From Rhodosorus marinus CCMP1338 (lineage: Eukaryota; Plantae; Rhodophyta), in assembly GCA_029953675.1 (NCBI GenBank), contig JAMWBK010000001.1:1116001-1180000 (forward strand): 64,000 bases of DNA. Reading direction: 5' to 3'. Position numbers and translations under genes: made by a program. Each line of letters starts with the position of its first letter. Position 1 is the stretch's first letter. Below the pieces are notes generated by a model. That model had not been told where the DNA came from and did not search any database. It was given only the letters and a program-made list of their open reading frames with translations. Of the stretch, positions 11,262 to 23,109 are shown piece after piece.

Positions 11262-13752
11262 GTAAAGTGGAGGATTTGCTTCGTACCTCGCGTCGGGGAC
11301 GCTGTCCCGGACCCTCCGGACTAAGAACAGAGCTATTGCAGGCCCTGAGCCAGCCTGGCCAGAGCGCGCTTCTGAGGATCCTTAACAAGTTGTTCCAGGG
11401 CGTATCGGGTGCGTGTGCGCCATGGGAACATCTCCGGCAGGCACAGCTTTGCTTGCTCACGAAACCTGACCACCAGCCGGCCCACCCGCGTCTCCGGCCG
11501 ATCGGGATGGTGGAGATCCTACGGAAGTTAGCCGGGAGGTGGCTATGCCAGCGCCTTCGCCAGCGCGTCACAGCTTTTATGGCGCCCTTGCAAGTAGGGG
11601 TGGGATTTTCTGGGGGTTGCGAACTGATCACCCATGGGATCGAGCTAGAACGCGCCAGTAGGCCGGAGTGGGGAGTCTTGGTGGTTGATTTCCGGAACGC
11701 ATTCAACAGCGTGTCGCGGACGCATGCGCTAGAGGTGCTCCGACGTGTGTTTCCGGAGGCGTGGCCGTTTCTATCGGGTATTTACGGAGGGGAGAGCCTC
11801 CCCTACTTGACAACGGCGGGCACGGTTTTTCAAGCACATACTGGCGTCCAACAAGGGGACCCTTGCGGACCTCTTCTTCATGCCTGTGCCCTACAGCTCG
11901 TACTTTTACGTCTTTCGACTGAGGTCTCGGATCTTCGAATCTGCGCGTACCACGATGACGTAACATTGCTGGGCACCCCTGACACCCTGGCTAGGGGACT
12001 GACCGCGATCGAAGCGATTGCACGTCGCGTCGGTTTGACTGTGGAAACAGAAAAATGTCGCTTTCTACCCGCGAGGGACGTGTCGCTGAACTCTCTGCCA
12101 CCCACTCTGCGACTAATCAGCGAACGTGAAGGGTTCGAACACCACGGCGTCGGATTGGGGACTGACAACTTTGTCCAAGCATCCTGCGAGCGAGTTTTGG
12201 CACGGCACAAGCAACTCACCGACGCCATTGAGCACCTACCCGACAGCATGCTGCAATCGGCCTGCTTGCTTTCCCGCTTTTGTGCCGGTCCCAGACTCAA
12301 CTACTGGTTGCGCAGCCTGCCTCCAGCTTGGGGCTCGTGGATCGCGGCTAAAGCAGACGAAATGACCCTGCAACACTGGGGAACGCTCTTGGATGAGCCC
12401 CTCGATCTTGAAGCTGCTCCCGACAGGGACTTGATTCGTGCACAGATCGCTCTACCGTTGCGATTAGGGGATTCGGCGTCGCAGACCGTGGGCTGGTATG
12501 CTCGCCAGCGGCGGTTGCCTCCTGGGCTACCGCGCTGCGAACGTTGGTGACCTTCCAGATGCGAAGTGCCTGCCTCTTGGCTCGAGCTTTGACCAACGAG
12601 GATCCAGTGACCCTGCCACCCCCGCTTTTGACAATTTATGATGGTCTTCAACACGCGTTCAGGAGGTGCAACGCCGTGCCGGACGCAAATCGGTCCCGCT
12701 TTCGTTCCTGGAGGGAGCTGTTATGGGGACGAGCTGAAGCGGTTGAGGATTGTCCCCTCGACCGAGTTCTTGCCGATGACGGAGAGGCTAGCCCCGGGTC
12801 CCCTGTTGCAGACTACCCGGGTTTGAGCCGATTGTGGAGCTCCCGCACTGATGTGATTCAACATAGCCTCACCTGGGGCCAACACAGTGCCGCTCACACA
12901 GTCATGCTCAATTCTCCTCTCACGCCGCCTACCACTGCCGCTCGTCTCCGCGGCATGGGAGGCCACCTCTCGCACTTGTGGTTAACCACTCTACCGTCGT
13001 CATTGAGTCATCGTCTCGATGCTTTCCAGTTCCGTTCTGCCGCACGGATCTATCTCGGTTTGCCACAGCCTCCGTGGCACTCTAATCGGCCGTGTTTCTG
13101 TCAGGGATGTGAGAGCCGGATTGACGCTTGTGGCTACCACTTCCTGGGTTCCTGCGGACTGTTGCGAGGTCTCCGTACGAGGCGTCACACTCGCCTCAAG
13201 TACATCCTCAGCGAATTTTTGACTCGGATAGGGCATACGGTTGAGGTTGAGTCGGAACTGCCCAGATCCATCTCGGACTCTGCACCGCCCCGTTGTATAG
13301 CCGATCTCCTCGTCTCCAACGCTGCTGCCAGACGCTCAACATATGTGGACCTTGCGATTGCCTGCCCCGTGGCCAGCGCCCACCTCACCGCAGCCGCCCG
13401 CCGCCGGGGGGCCGCGGCTTCAGCCCTTCGAAGAGCTAAGGAACGACGGTATGCTGAGAGCATGGCCAGTCCGCCTTGCGCTGAGGGTCGCTCTCACCGG
13501 TTCCAGCCATTCATTGTGGAAAGCTTTGGTCACGTGGATAAGTCGGGTTTAGAGTGGTTGCGGAAATGTTTTGCTGAGCATCCTACTGAATATTTGGCGG
13601 TCTTGAGGCGTTTAAGTGTCTCCCTTTGGCGATATTCCAGCGACATGCTTTCCGAGGCGCGCCATCGGCGCCTGGGGTTGCATACTTCCCTCCCTAGTTA
13701 TTAGTTCATCTTCACGCCTTGCGTAGCGCTTCAGGCTATGCTAGTAAAGTCC
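11262..13752 (+). mobile_element. CRE-A1 copy 2, 5'-truncated (RT-RLE, one frameshift near 12467)
   Basis: ORFs 11267-12550 and 12544-13704 are near-identical to copy 1 ORF2. Confidence 0.95.
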
Positions 13753-14050
13753 AGAGCATGGCCAGTCCGCCTTGCGCTGAGGGTCGCTCTCACCGGTTCC
13801 AGCCATTCATTGTGGAAAGCTTTGGTCACGTGGATAAGTCGGGTTTAGAGTGGTTGCGGAAATGTTTTGCTGAGCATCCTACTGAATATTTGGCGGTCTT
13901 GAGGCGTTTAAGTGTCTCCCTTTGGCGATATTCCAGCGACATGCTTTCCGAGGCGCGCCATCGGCGCCTGGGGTTGCATGCTTCCCTCCCTAGTTATTAG
14001 TTCATCTTCACGCCTTGCGTAGCGCTTCAGGCTATGCTAGTAAAGTCCAG
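13753..14050 (+). repeat. Tandem duplication of the last ~296 bp of A1 copy 2
   Basis: Begins AGAGCATGGCCAGTCCGCC, same as 13457, and shares the copy-specific CCG (Pro) variant. Confidence 0.9.
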
Positions 14051-14220
14051 TAAAGCTTTGCGTAGCGCTTCAGGCTTCAGTAAAGCCCAATAAAGCCCAG
14101 TAAAGCCGAGTAAAGCTCCAGTAAAGCGAACAAAGCCGAATAAAGCCGGTTTGCGTAGCGTTTTAGGCTATGCTAATAAAGCCAAGCCAATAAAGCCAAT
14201 AAAGCCAATAAAGCCAGCCA
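14035..14220 (+). repeat. Heterogeneous A(G/A)TAAAG(T)CC tail array interspersed with short TTTGCGTAGCG.T.CAGGCT 3'-end restarts
   Basis: Directly visible repeat units. Confidence 0.9.
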
Positions 14221-14519
14221 GGAATGTTCTGAACAGGTTTTAGGAATATTATGGTTAATATCTGAACATGAAAAAGCGTATTCTAGGGTTATTAATGACT
14301 CGAACGTAACTCCAGTATAAAAAAAAGTATAAAAAAAGTACTATTAACGCATATAAACGTCTTATCAACGCATAAATAAGTGAAAAAAAGTGTAAAATTC
14401 TCAAGAGCGCGCCTTAGGAATGGAGTCGCCCCCTCGCTGATGAAGACTGTAGTGTTGGAGACGTATCAAGTGCGGAGCCATCTTACCAGATTCGCGCCGA
14501 AGTGCAGGGTAGACAAAGC

Positions 14520-14700
14520 CTCCCGTTCTTTTTCACAGCCTTGTGACGGCGCATGGTGGCAGCAGCAGCTGCTCGACGCGGCTTCCTCCCCGTCAGCAGA
14601 TAACGACGAGCCTGGGGGTTGGGAGCAAGATCTACATACCTCGTGCCACGACGATCTTCACATCTTAAAACCACCACCCCCGCCACCATCTTCACAGATG
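14520..14700 (-). mobile_element. Diverged CRE-B-like RLE remnant
   Basis: LRCEDRRGTRYVDLAPNPQARRY...AAATMRRHK aligns to B ITCDDSRRTTYVDLAVPNPQASRY...AAASMRRRK. Confidence 0.75.
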
Positions 14701-14821
14701 ACAATGGGAGCCCTGCAACATTGCGCTCTTTGTCAACGGAATCTCCCACGCCCAGCAGAGCAGGGGCTGTCTACATGCGAACTGATCCTGACAGCGAGGG
14801 GATCGTGAAATCCTTCGCAAC

Positions 14822-14895
14822 AAAACAGCTGTTCTCGAATATTGAGGGGATTGTGATGTTCTTCCACGAAAACAGCTGTTCTCGAATATTGAGGG
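14822..14895 (+). repeat. 27-bp direct repeat, two copies
   Basis: aaaacagctgttctcgaatattgaggg at 14822 and 14869. Confidence 0.8.
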
Positions 14896-15859
14896 TGCCA
14901 GCTGAATGAATGTGTTTCAGTGTACGACGTTGTTGGGATGGCTTGGTTTTTTTGCCAATTTTTCCTCGGTTTTTCTATTTTTAGTCTCGGGGAAAAAACA
15001 CCTTCATTTCAGTCTCGAGCGAGTGTCGAAAATCTTTGAACAAAGAAAACGTCGATACTTAGACATTAGGTCTTAGTTTTCCTCGAAGTTCGTTTAAAGG
15101 AGATTATCATTTATCGACAGGCCGTGTCGCCGTCTTGCCATCCGACCGAGCTGGGCGGGCCGGGGCCGTACGTCCAAGACATCTATTATTGGGCGCCCAG
15201 TTTAGTTTACATGCGCCCATTTAGTTTCGAAAAAGAAGTGCAGAGATCCAATCTAGTTTTAGATTGTAATAGGCTGAACAGCTGTTCTATGATCATCAGG
15301 CTCTAGTATCCATAACCTCCTCTTAACATCTGCGAACACACTTCGCTTTCGGTTGAGATTTATTACCGGATTACCAGTGTGCCCTGTGGATGAATGCTGA
15401 CACCAGCGTGTAGAGATCTTGTACTAGCCTCGAGGAAGATGGGATGACTGTTTATTGAAGCGCTTTGGCGCACTGATCTTCAGCTGGTGGAATCAGTGTG
15501 AGGTAGCTACGACATTGTTCTGAGTACTGTGGTGGGAATGGTTGGCAATGTACACTGGATGAACATATAAGACGGCGGTAATAGTTGGTCACGTGTAGGA
15601 GGAAACAACCGTGGTGGTTTGGGCGACATTAGCCTACGCAGAATTGCGAGTAGAAATCGGCTTGTTTCGGATTTGTTTACTTAGGGTGTGGAGTTCCTGA
15701 GAAGAACCGGGAAGGGATTTGCAGCCATATCCGTAGGACGAAACACGATCCGCGGGCTTGCGAAGGTGACAATAATTTCCCAGACTTCGACTTTAGGTTA
15801 GAGATCGCGCTTGGAAGAGTCAACAGAACGCAAGGTCTTCTATAAAGTCAAAAGACAAA

Positions 15860-16861
15860 ATGGCAGTCGATGAGAGAATGTCTGCTTTTGAACTGATAAC
15901 AGTGCACCAATCCGATGGATGTGACTCAACATGTGTGAGCTGGAAGATTGGTTTTCTGTTCATAATCCTAACCGGAGGTTTGGTCGGCGGCCTCGCACCA
16001 CTGCTTTTTAGTGGGAAGGGAACCCGAACGAAAATCATTTCTCAAGCACTTTTATTGTGCTCTGGAGGAGTATTGCTTGCGATCTCGATCGTGCACATGA
16101 TGGAGGATGCCATTGAGAACCTTTTACCTTTTCAGGAAGATTCCTGGAGCGGCTACCCTTACGCGTTTACAATACTGATGCTCGGCTTTCTTCTCGACCA
16201 TTTTATCGAATCTGTTGGAGGTTACTATTTCGGTAAATACTTGCAGGAAAGAGCTATGGGGGACAAGGGGGCTTCAGACGAAAAAGTCATAGACGGTTCA
16301 GGCTCTGTTGGTGACGAAGATCTCGAAGTAGGATTGCCCTCGGATTCTGAAACGAGTTTGGGAGAACAAAAAACGGTTAAGAAATCCAAGGAAATCTATT
16401 TCGCCATCGCAGCCAGTGCTGGATACTTTGGGCTTTCCGTACATAGCGTTCTCGCTGGGCTTACCCTGGGACTAGGAGACTGGGAAACCGCCCTTAGTAT
16501 GTTCGTCGCCATAATTTCGCACAAGATTTTTGCTGCATTTGCTGTTGCTTCGAACCTACTCAAGGCAAATCCCCCACGTTGGATTTACTTCACCATTATC
16601 GTATGCTTCTCCTTGACCACACCTGTGAGCATCGGAATTGGAATGGGTATTACGAGTCTTGTAGGCGACGTTGCGAAGGGAACATTGCTGGCGTTGGCTG
16701 CCGGTATGTTGCTCTATGTCGGTACTGTTCATACCCTCGAACATGCAGCTAAAGGAGATGTACATCTATCCCCCATTTGGGCGTATCTGTCATATCTGAG
16801 CGGAGCCGCGCTCATGGTTGTTGTTATCTCGATTGTGACGTTCACCATCGGTGGTGGTTGA
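15860..16861 (+). CDS. ZIP family Zn/Fe transporter, intronless
   Basis: About 8 TM segments, CSGGVLLAISIVHMM, TM4 HSVLAGL, TM5 HKIFAAF, LAAGMLLYV. Confidence 0.93.
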   Translation: MAVDERMSAFELITVHQSDGCDSTCVSWKIGFLFIILTGGLVGGLAPLLFSGKGTRTKIISQALLLCSGGVLLAISIVHMMEDAIENLLPFQEDSWSGYPYAFTILMLGFLLDHFIESVGGYYFGKYLQERAMGDKGASDEKVIDGSGSVGDEDLEVGLPSDSETSLGEQKTVKKSKEIYFAIAASAGYFGLSVHSVLAGLTLGLGDWETALSMFVAIISHKIFAAFAVASNLLKANPPRWIYFTIIVCFSLTTPVSIGIGMGITSLVGDVAKGTLLALAAGMLLYVGTVHTLEHAAKGDVHLSPIWAYLSYLSGAALMVVVISIVTFTIGGG

Positions 16862-17479
16862 GGTTCGTGGCCCCTCTGGTTTGCTACGCAGAAAACAACA
16901 GAGCCACCGACGTAAGAACCATCGAATTGAGTGCGAGAAAAATTGGCTTAGTAATGTATTCGAAAATGATAAAGGCCTTAGCTTGGCAGTTTCTTCTCGG
17001 GACGACAACCGTTTTCTTTAAATTATTCTCAGACCTCTGGACAGGGACTCTGCGTATGTTTAGAACGCCTTGAGTTTTTCTAGGTTGCGCTGGAGTAAAT
17101 AGCTACGGAATGAAGGCTCCGAGGTTACGTCAGTCTGGGTACACTGGGAATTCACCGTTTAGCTTTGGCTCGTCGCGTTGATGGTTTGGTATCAAAACAC
17201 TTCATGACCACATTTAGACGGCTTGGGAACGCAGTTCGGAAATTCTTGGGCAAATTTTCAACATCTTGAGCGCAAGGGCGAGCCTCTGGGTTCGATGAGT
17301 CAGAAAATTGTTAGAAGATTACGACTGATCTGAACATATCGAATGCTCCCCTGAAGCTCAACGTGAATGTCTTCTGTTTTCAGAGGGGTCTGGTGTAAAT
17401 CCGTAGAGCGTTCGAGAATATCGTGGCTTATTCTGGACTTTACTAGCTTATTCTGCTCTTGCTGATTACACTCGTACCC

Positions 17480-17720
17480 GCATGCTCCTCTCCCTAGTGC
17501 GTACTTTCCTTCCCGTCTTGCGTAGCGCATCAGGTCATGTTGGCAAAACCACCACTCGTGCCCGTGTCAGATCCACTTCTGGTGCTGGTGCTGGTGCTGG
17601 CGCTGGCGGCTGGGTTCGTGACCTCCCTAGCCCGGGGTCTGAACTCATTTCCACCGAAGAGATTCGCTACGGCTTACGCCTTCTTTTGGGGCTGCCGATA
17701 CCTGGTCTTCGCACTAGCCC
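17480..17720 (+). mobile_element. Family-A 3' stub followed by a remnant of a third, diverged CRE lineage
   Basis: RARVRSTSGAGAGGWVRDLPSPGSELISTEEIRYGLRLLLGLP resembles the pre-RLE segment RARLRSLGG..QWL..VP...LSDFEVRTSLRLYLGL. Confidence 0.6.
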
Positions 17721-18059
17721 TGAATGCACAGTCAGTGCCAAACCTCATGCTCCGGACGGGATTCCAAGCTTGTTCCACTGCTCAACCTCGGCTGGGAACT
17801 GGACTTTGCGATACAATCGCATTCGTGATGAACGTGCGCATCACCTATGGTAGTGCCAACTTCATGAGATTCAAGCTGAGCCCTCCAACTCTTTCGAGGG
17901 TAGCCGGGTTCGACCCGAGATTTTGCTCGTCATCATCGTACCGGTAAGCAGTACGTTCTTGATGTCAAGGTAGAGTCCCCGCTAAGAGTCCATTTAGTCG
18001 CTCGTGCCGCCTGTCAAACAGGCTATGCTGCAGTCAACGCTGAAGCACGGAAACGAGCC

Positions 18060-18720
18060 AAACGCCCTGACCCCCTCTCCTCGTTGTTTACCCATTTAGT
18101 TCCTTCCTGTGGCATATGAACGCTGATCTGGTGTTGGAGGCGTGCGATTTTCGCCGCGCATAGTCCTTTTTTCCCCTCGAAGGGTTTTTTTTCAGTCTCC
18201 GATTAAACAAATTCATTCAATCGCACTTGGACAAACAAGGACCAGCTTTCGTTTCAACTATACCATCGAAAGGCAAGGTCAGAAGAGTCAGTATATGATG
18301 TCTTTCAGTGGCTGGAAGGACGTACGACGCGAGCGCTCGTCTTCCCTGCAAGTGAAAATAGCTCGGCAAACCTTGCCTTCAGCCACTGAAAGACATCATA
18401 TACTGACTCTTCTGGCCTTGCCCTCGATGGTATACTTAACCTGCTTACATGGGCCATCAGAGACGCATTCGATGAGCTGTATGATTTTATGCGGGGGGAC
18501 TGAAAAAAAAAACCGAGGGGAAAAACCAGATTACTGAAGGCGAAGATCATGCGCCTCCAACATCAAAGCAGCGTCCATTCACCACAACAGGAAACTCAAA
18601 CTGGTTAACAACGAGGAAAGCCGGTTGGGGCCCTCGAAAAACTATGTGTACCCATGGCGTTCGAGGATGCAGCCTTTGTAGCTCATCTACTGGCACTGCA
18701 GACGTCCATAAACACATGAA
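18060..18720. mobile_element. Old family-B 3' stubs (~18060-18220 +, ~18490-18720 -)
   Basis: Degenerate GTTGGAGGCG.G..TTCGCC...CCCCTCG...CTCCGATTAAAC.ATTCATTCA. Confidence 0.7.
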
Positions 18721-18992
18721 TGAATTCATTCACATACAACATTGATTCATTTTCATTCACAAACAGAAGAAAAACGATCAGTGTCTTGAGAGTCAGCCAA
18801 AAAGCTACCTAACCACTTTTCTTTTTTCCGCATATGCTCCCTAACTAAATCAATGTGGATGGAAACTTACGGAGATGATGAGGTTATCTGCGACATCCTT
18901 GCCTCTCAACCCCGTACTTGACCGAATGAATGTGCTTATTCGGAGACAGAGAAAAAAGAGGGGAAAAAAAAGGACTACTGAAAGCGAAGATC

Positions 18993-19874
18993 GAATGAAT
19001 GAATGAATGAATGAATGAATGAATGGTTTAATCGGAGGCTGAAAAAAAAAACCCCGAGGGGAAAAAAAGACTAAGCGCGGCGAAGTACTCGCGCCTCCAA
19101 CATCAAAGCGGCATTCATGCGCCACAGCAGGAAACTTAAGCGGGTAAACAACGATTGAAGACGGTCAGGGCGTTCGCGGAACAACTCCCGAAGCCAGCGA
19201 GAACCAACAGAGTCCATGAACCCAAAGCACTCAATGATCAGGGGTACCAAGCGATGTGCTAGTGCCGAAGCACGAACACCAGGGGAAGACAAAGCCCCCG
19301 CGTATTTGATCTCTTTGCGGCGTCTCATGCTGGCGGCGGCAGATCCACGGCGCTCCCCCGCAGCCGGGAGATAACGACTAGCTTGAGGGTTAGGAACAGC
19401 AAGATCAACGTATGTGGTACGGCGGCTGTCGTCACAGGTGATCACCAGGTCGGCTACACGGCGTTGATCATTTTGAAAGTCCGCGACGGGTAAAGGTTTC
19501 TCACGTTCGATTTCCAGACCGGCTTGCCGGACTATAGGCCGAAGTTCCCGGTATAACAGGTTCAAGATCCGTGTATGGCGGCGGGTTCGAGCACCTTTCA
19601 CCGCCGGGCAACTAGCGAGCAGGTGGGCGCCAAAATCTGCGTTGTCTTCAGTCTGAGAGCAGAGAGGGCACGACGAACCCATCTCGTACGGCCAAGGGGG
19701 CTGATGTAAGCCGAGGTATAAGCGCAGTGAAGTACGCACTTCGAAATCCGACAGTGTGAGTGGCGGAAAGGCTGGCACGGTCATGAGCCACTGAGAGCTA
19801 AGAACCCCTCCAAGACTACGTAGGCGGGCGCGAGCGCGAGAAGATGAGACCATCTGCGCGAGGAGTCGGCCATA
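18993..19874 (-). mobile_element. CRE-B 5'-truncated copy (RLE ORF 19071-19853) inserted in an older B 3' end
   Basis: (ATTC)n tail; 14-bp TSD tgaaagcgaagatc at 18979-18992 and 19875-19888; CPLC...HLLASC, RRHT, VADL, YVDL, KEIKY. Confidence 0.93.
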
Positions 19875-20089
19875 TGAAAGCGAAGATCAGGGCCTATGTA
19901 TCAAAGCAGAGTCCATACACCGTAGCAGGAAACTCAAAAGGGTAAACAGGGAGCTGACAACGTGCTGTAAATCAGCAACAAGAAGAGGCTAGTGAAGCTC
20001 TAGACTATAAGTTCATTCATTCTTTTTCCATCAAACAATTCATTTTTTCCTGAATGTATCGAATGAACTGGGCTTGTAGTAATAAACCA

Positions 20090-21260
20090 CCATGTCAGCC
20101 GCCGTGGCCTACCATGCCCCATGAGCACCCTCGCGATGAAGGGACAGCCGATTTTCGCGCCGACCTATTAGCCAGCTTCCCCGCAATGAAAGGCGCCCGC
20201 CCCCCCGCCCGCGCGCAGATTCTGAAGCTGTTGTATCGCAAAAATCGACAAGACAGAAGAAAAATGTCTAGTGTCGCGAGACACCCAAAACAATAAAACC
20301 CGCAACATAGTCCTATTTATTTTTAATTTTCAACTTTATATTCCTCAGGTGGTTTGTTGGTGGTCAATCAATGTGAATGGCACTGTAGAGAATGCTGAGG
20401 TTCTCTGGGACGGTATTGGCATCATTGCTTCGCGGGACTTTGAATAAATGTGTTTACATTTTAGTGCCCCCTAATGGCTGTGGCGCTAAGGAGTTCTCGT
20501 TGGCTTCGGGAGTCGTTCCGCGAACGCCCTGACTGTCTCTCCTCGTTGGTTTACCCACCGTCTAAGTTTATTGCTGTGGCATATGAACGAATTTTGTTGT
20601 TAATCGGAGACTAAAATGAAAAACCTCGAGGGGAAAAAGGAGAGACGATGCGCGGCGAAGGTCGCGCGCCTCCAATATCAAAGCAGCGTTCATGCGCCTC
20701 AGCAAAAAACTTAAACCTGTAAACAACGAGGATATATCGTCGGGGCGTTCGAGTCGCACCTAATGGCTAGTTCTCTAAAGACTTCTCACTGGCTTGGGGA
20801 ATGCTCCGCGAACGGTCTGTCAGTCTCTCCTCGTTCGTTTACACCTGTCCGAGTTTCTTACTGTGACATGTATGAATGAATTTGTTTAATCGGAGACTGA
20901 AAGAAGAAACCCCGAGGGGACGTATGAACTCGGCCTTGATATTGGAGGGGAGCGATCTTCGCCGCCACGTAGTCTTCTTTTCCCATCGGATTTGTATTTC
21001 AGATTCCAATTTAAACAAATGCATTCAAAAACCCCAATTCATTCATTCAATTCATTCAAAAGAGTACCTAAAAAATGAAAAAATATATAGGAAAGCCGTC
21101 GAAGGGGGGTGTACTTCCGGGCCGAGGCGCTGCTGGTTTTACGAGCCTTGGGACTTGGGCAAAGTTGTCTTTGCTTTTATCACCAGCAAACTTCAATACA
21201 GCTCTTCGTCTCCCTAGTTCCTAACTCCCTTTTACACCCTGCCTAGCTCTTCAGATAAGC
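20090..21260. mobile_element. Field of decayed B (and one A) 3' remnants in both orientations
   Basis: DFRADLLASFPAMKGAR..ILKLLYRK at ~20150; several GATTAA..ATTCATTCA and CCTCGGGG/CCCCGAGG motifs. Confidence 0.65.
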
Positions 21261-21773
21261 CAGCAAATAAAAACCGGTCAAACCATCACTTTTGGTCTAG
21301 CTTCGATTTTCGATACAAAACATGGATATTGGACAAATTCCACAAACACCGTCAAAAACGGACATATAAGTTTTGATTAAAAGCGTTTCTAAAAACCAGT
21401 TTTAATTGAGGGAGCCCGCTCTTGTGGGGATGAAGTTTGGGCACACCGTTTGTATCTACATCTCTGAGCGTCGATACACTTTTGGCCGTGACGGACGAAC
21501 TTAGCAAAATGCGTTGGTGAACTCATAGAAAATTCGAGAAAATGTCCTCAAGAACTATCTGGGTGGCTACCGCTTTGTTCGAGGATAAGTGCTTCTGTGG
21601 TTCGGATGTAGACCGTTTACTTCAGCTACCGAGTGTAGCGCGGGTAATCGTTGGCGGAGCTTTATTTAAGGGATTTAAGGGAGGTACCCATAGCGCTGGG
21701 GCTAGGAAAGCGACCCGAAATTGTTGAGCGTAAATTCGAGGTACCTGGATTGAGGATTAAGGAAGCTGGGTCG

Positions 21774-23108
21774 ATGAAAGTTCTCTTGTTTGTGGTTTCG
21801 GCTGTATGTGCGCACTATGCGTCCAGTCTGCCTGTTGAAGTGCTGCCCGGTAAGCGCCAGTTTGGCGGTAGTTCGAGGCAGCAGGGGGTGTCGACCTGCG
21901 GCGCCTTGTTAACCAACCGGAATGTATTGATCAACGACTTCAATGTTGTTGCGCGATTGAGAACAGATATCGATCGGACTTTTGCCTTGCAGCTGTTTTC
22001 AAGCACCGCTGAAAGAAGCGGTCTGCCTCTCATCAAGGCCAAGTTCGCTTCTGGTCCCGAGATGGACCTGAGACGACTGCGCCTGCACATTGCGCCCGGC
22101 AATTGTGACGACTTTCAGCGCAACGCGATCCATAAGATAGCGAAAACGAGGCACTACATTAAGGGAACAACCTCCGCTCAAATGAGGTTCACTCTTGGTG
22201 ACAACGTCAGTGCTCCAGATACACCCCGCGGGTGCTGCAATCTATGTGCGTACGTCCAGCCGATCATCAAGAACCCCGAGGATGGCAAGCGGATTCATGT
22301 CCTCAACGAGGAGTTTGAGCAATCTGTCAATCATGGAAAACTTTTCTGCAGAAAGGGAAGCAAGGATGATTTCCTATGCGATCTCCCAGATATCTGTATC
22401 AACCTTATTCAAGGAACAGAAGGCGACGATGTCCTCATCGGTACCCCCTACAATGACCACATCCTTGGACTCGGAGGGAATGACAGGATCATCGGTGGGG
22501 ATGGAGCGGACTATCTTAATGGCGGGGATGGTGATGATTTCATCAGAGGTGGGCCTGGAAGCGATCTAATACTCGGTTCAGCCGGAAGCGACAATCTGAA
22601 AGGCGGCAGCGGGATAGATAGGCTTGTAGGAGGAGAGGGAGATGACTATATTGGGGACTCTTCAAAGGATTCAGAAGCGAAAAGGGGTCCGGGTCAACCT
22701 CTCGTTCCGGACAACTTTGCCCACGGAGGTAACGGCGACGATACCATCGTTATGGGAGATGGGGATGATTTTTTGGAAGGCGGCGCAGGGAATGATACGC
22801 TTAGTGGGGGTGACGGCGACGATGTCATCGTCGGGCGGGGAGGAAAGGACACCTTGAGGGGAGGAGACGGAGATGATATTGTCCACGCCGACTTAGGTTC
22901 GAGCCTAATCCTCGCGTACGCCGGCGACGGCGGTGATATTTTCGCTGGCTACCCGGGCCCAGATGACAATAGCTATTACCACGTTCCCGACAAGGTTTAT
23001 GGGGGGAATGGCAACGACAGTCTCATAGGCGATAATATGGATCTACTCGATGGAGGCGAGGGGCTCTATGACTCTTATCATCACAGTTATTATTTTGATA
23101 CTGAGTAA
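21774..23108 (+). CDS. Secreted protein with a Cys-containing N-terminal domain and ~16 RTX/hemolysin-type Ca-binding GGxGxDxUx repeats
   Basis: Signal-like MKVLLFVVSAVCAHYASS; repeats GLGGNDRII, GGDGADYLN, GGDGDDFIR, GGAGNDTLS and others. Confidence 0.88.
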   Translation: MKVLLFVVSAVCAHYASSLPVEVLPGKRQFGGSSRQQGVSTCGALLTNRNVLINDFNVVARLRTDIDRTFALQLFSSTAERSGLPLIKAKFASGPEMDLRRLRLHIAPGNCDDFQRNAIHKIAKTRHYIKGTTSAQMRFTLGDNVSAPDTPRGCCNLCAYVQPIIKNPEDGKRIHVLNEEFEQSVNHGKLFCRKGSKDDFLCDLPDICINLIQGTEGDDVLIGTPYNDHILGLGGNDRIIGGDGADYLNGGDGDDFIRGGPGSDLILGSAGSDNLKGGSGIDRLVGGEGDDYIGDSSKDSEAKRGPGQPLVPDNFAHGGNGDDTIVMGDGDDFLEGGAGNDTLSGGDGDDVIVGRGGKDTLRGGDGDDIVHADLGSSLILAYAGDGGDIFAGYPGPDDNSYYHVPDKVYGGNGNDSLIGDNMDLLDGGEGLYDSYHHSYYFDTE

Positions 23109-23109
23109 A

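Noticed and set aside
5799-13704. Programmed frameshifting in ORF2
   Set aside because: Frameshift positions differ among copies and each is absent in another copy
14035-14220. Possible CRISPR array or true telomere
   Set aside because: No unique spacers or cas genes in a eukaryotic context; the array is internal and attached to element 3' ends
17904-17917. tRNA T-loop/B-box-like CCGGGTTCGACCCG
   Set aside because: No cloverleaf or A-box could be built around it
3643-23108. ABCG plus RTX protein as a type I secretion system
   Set aside because: The transporter is an NBD-TMD ABCG, not HlyB-like; there is no MFP or TolC; the genes are 16 kb apart; the RTX protein has a signal peptide
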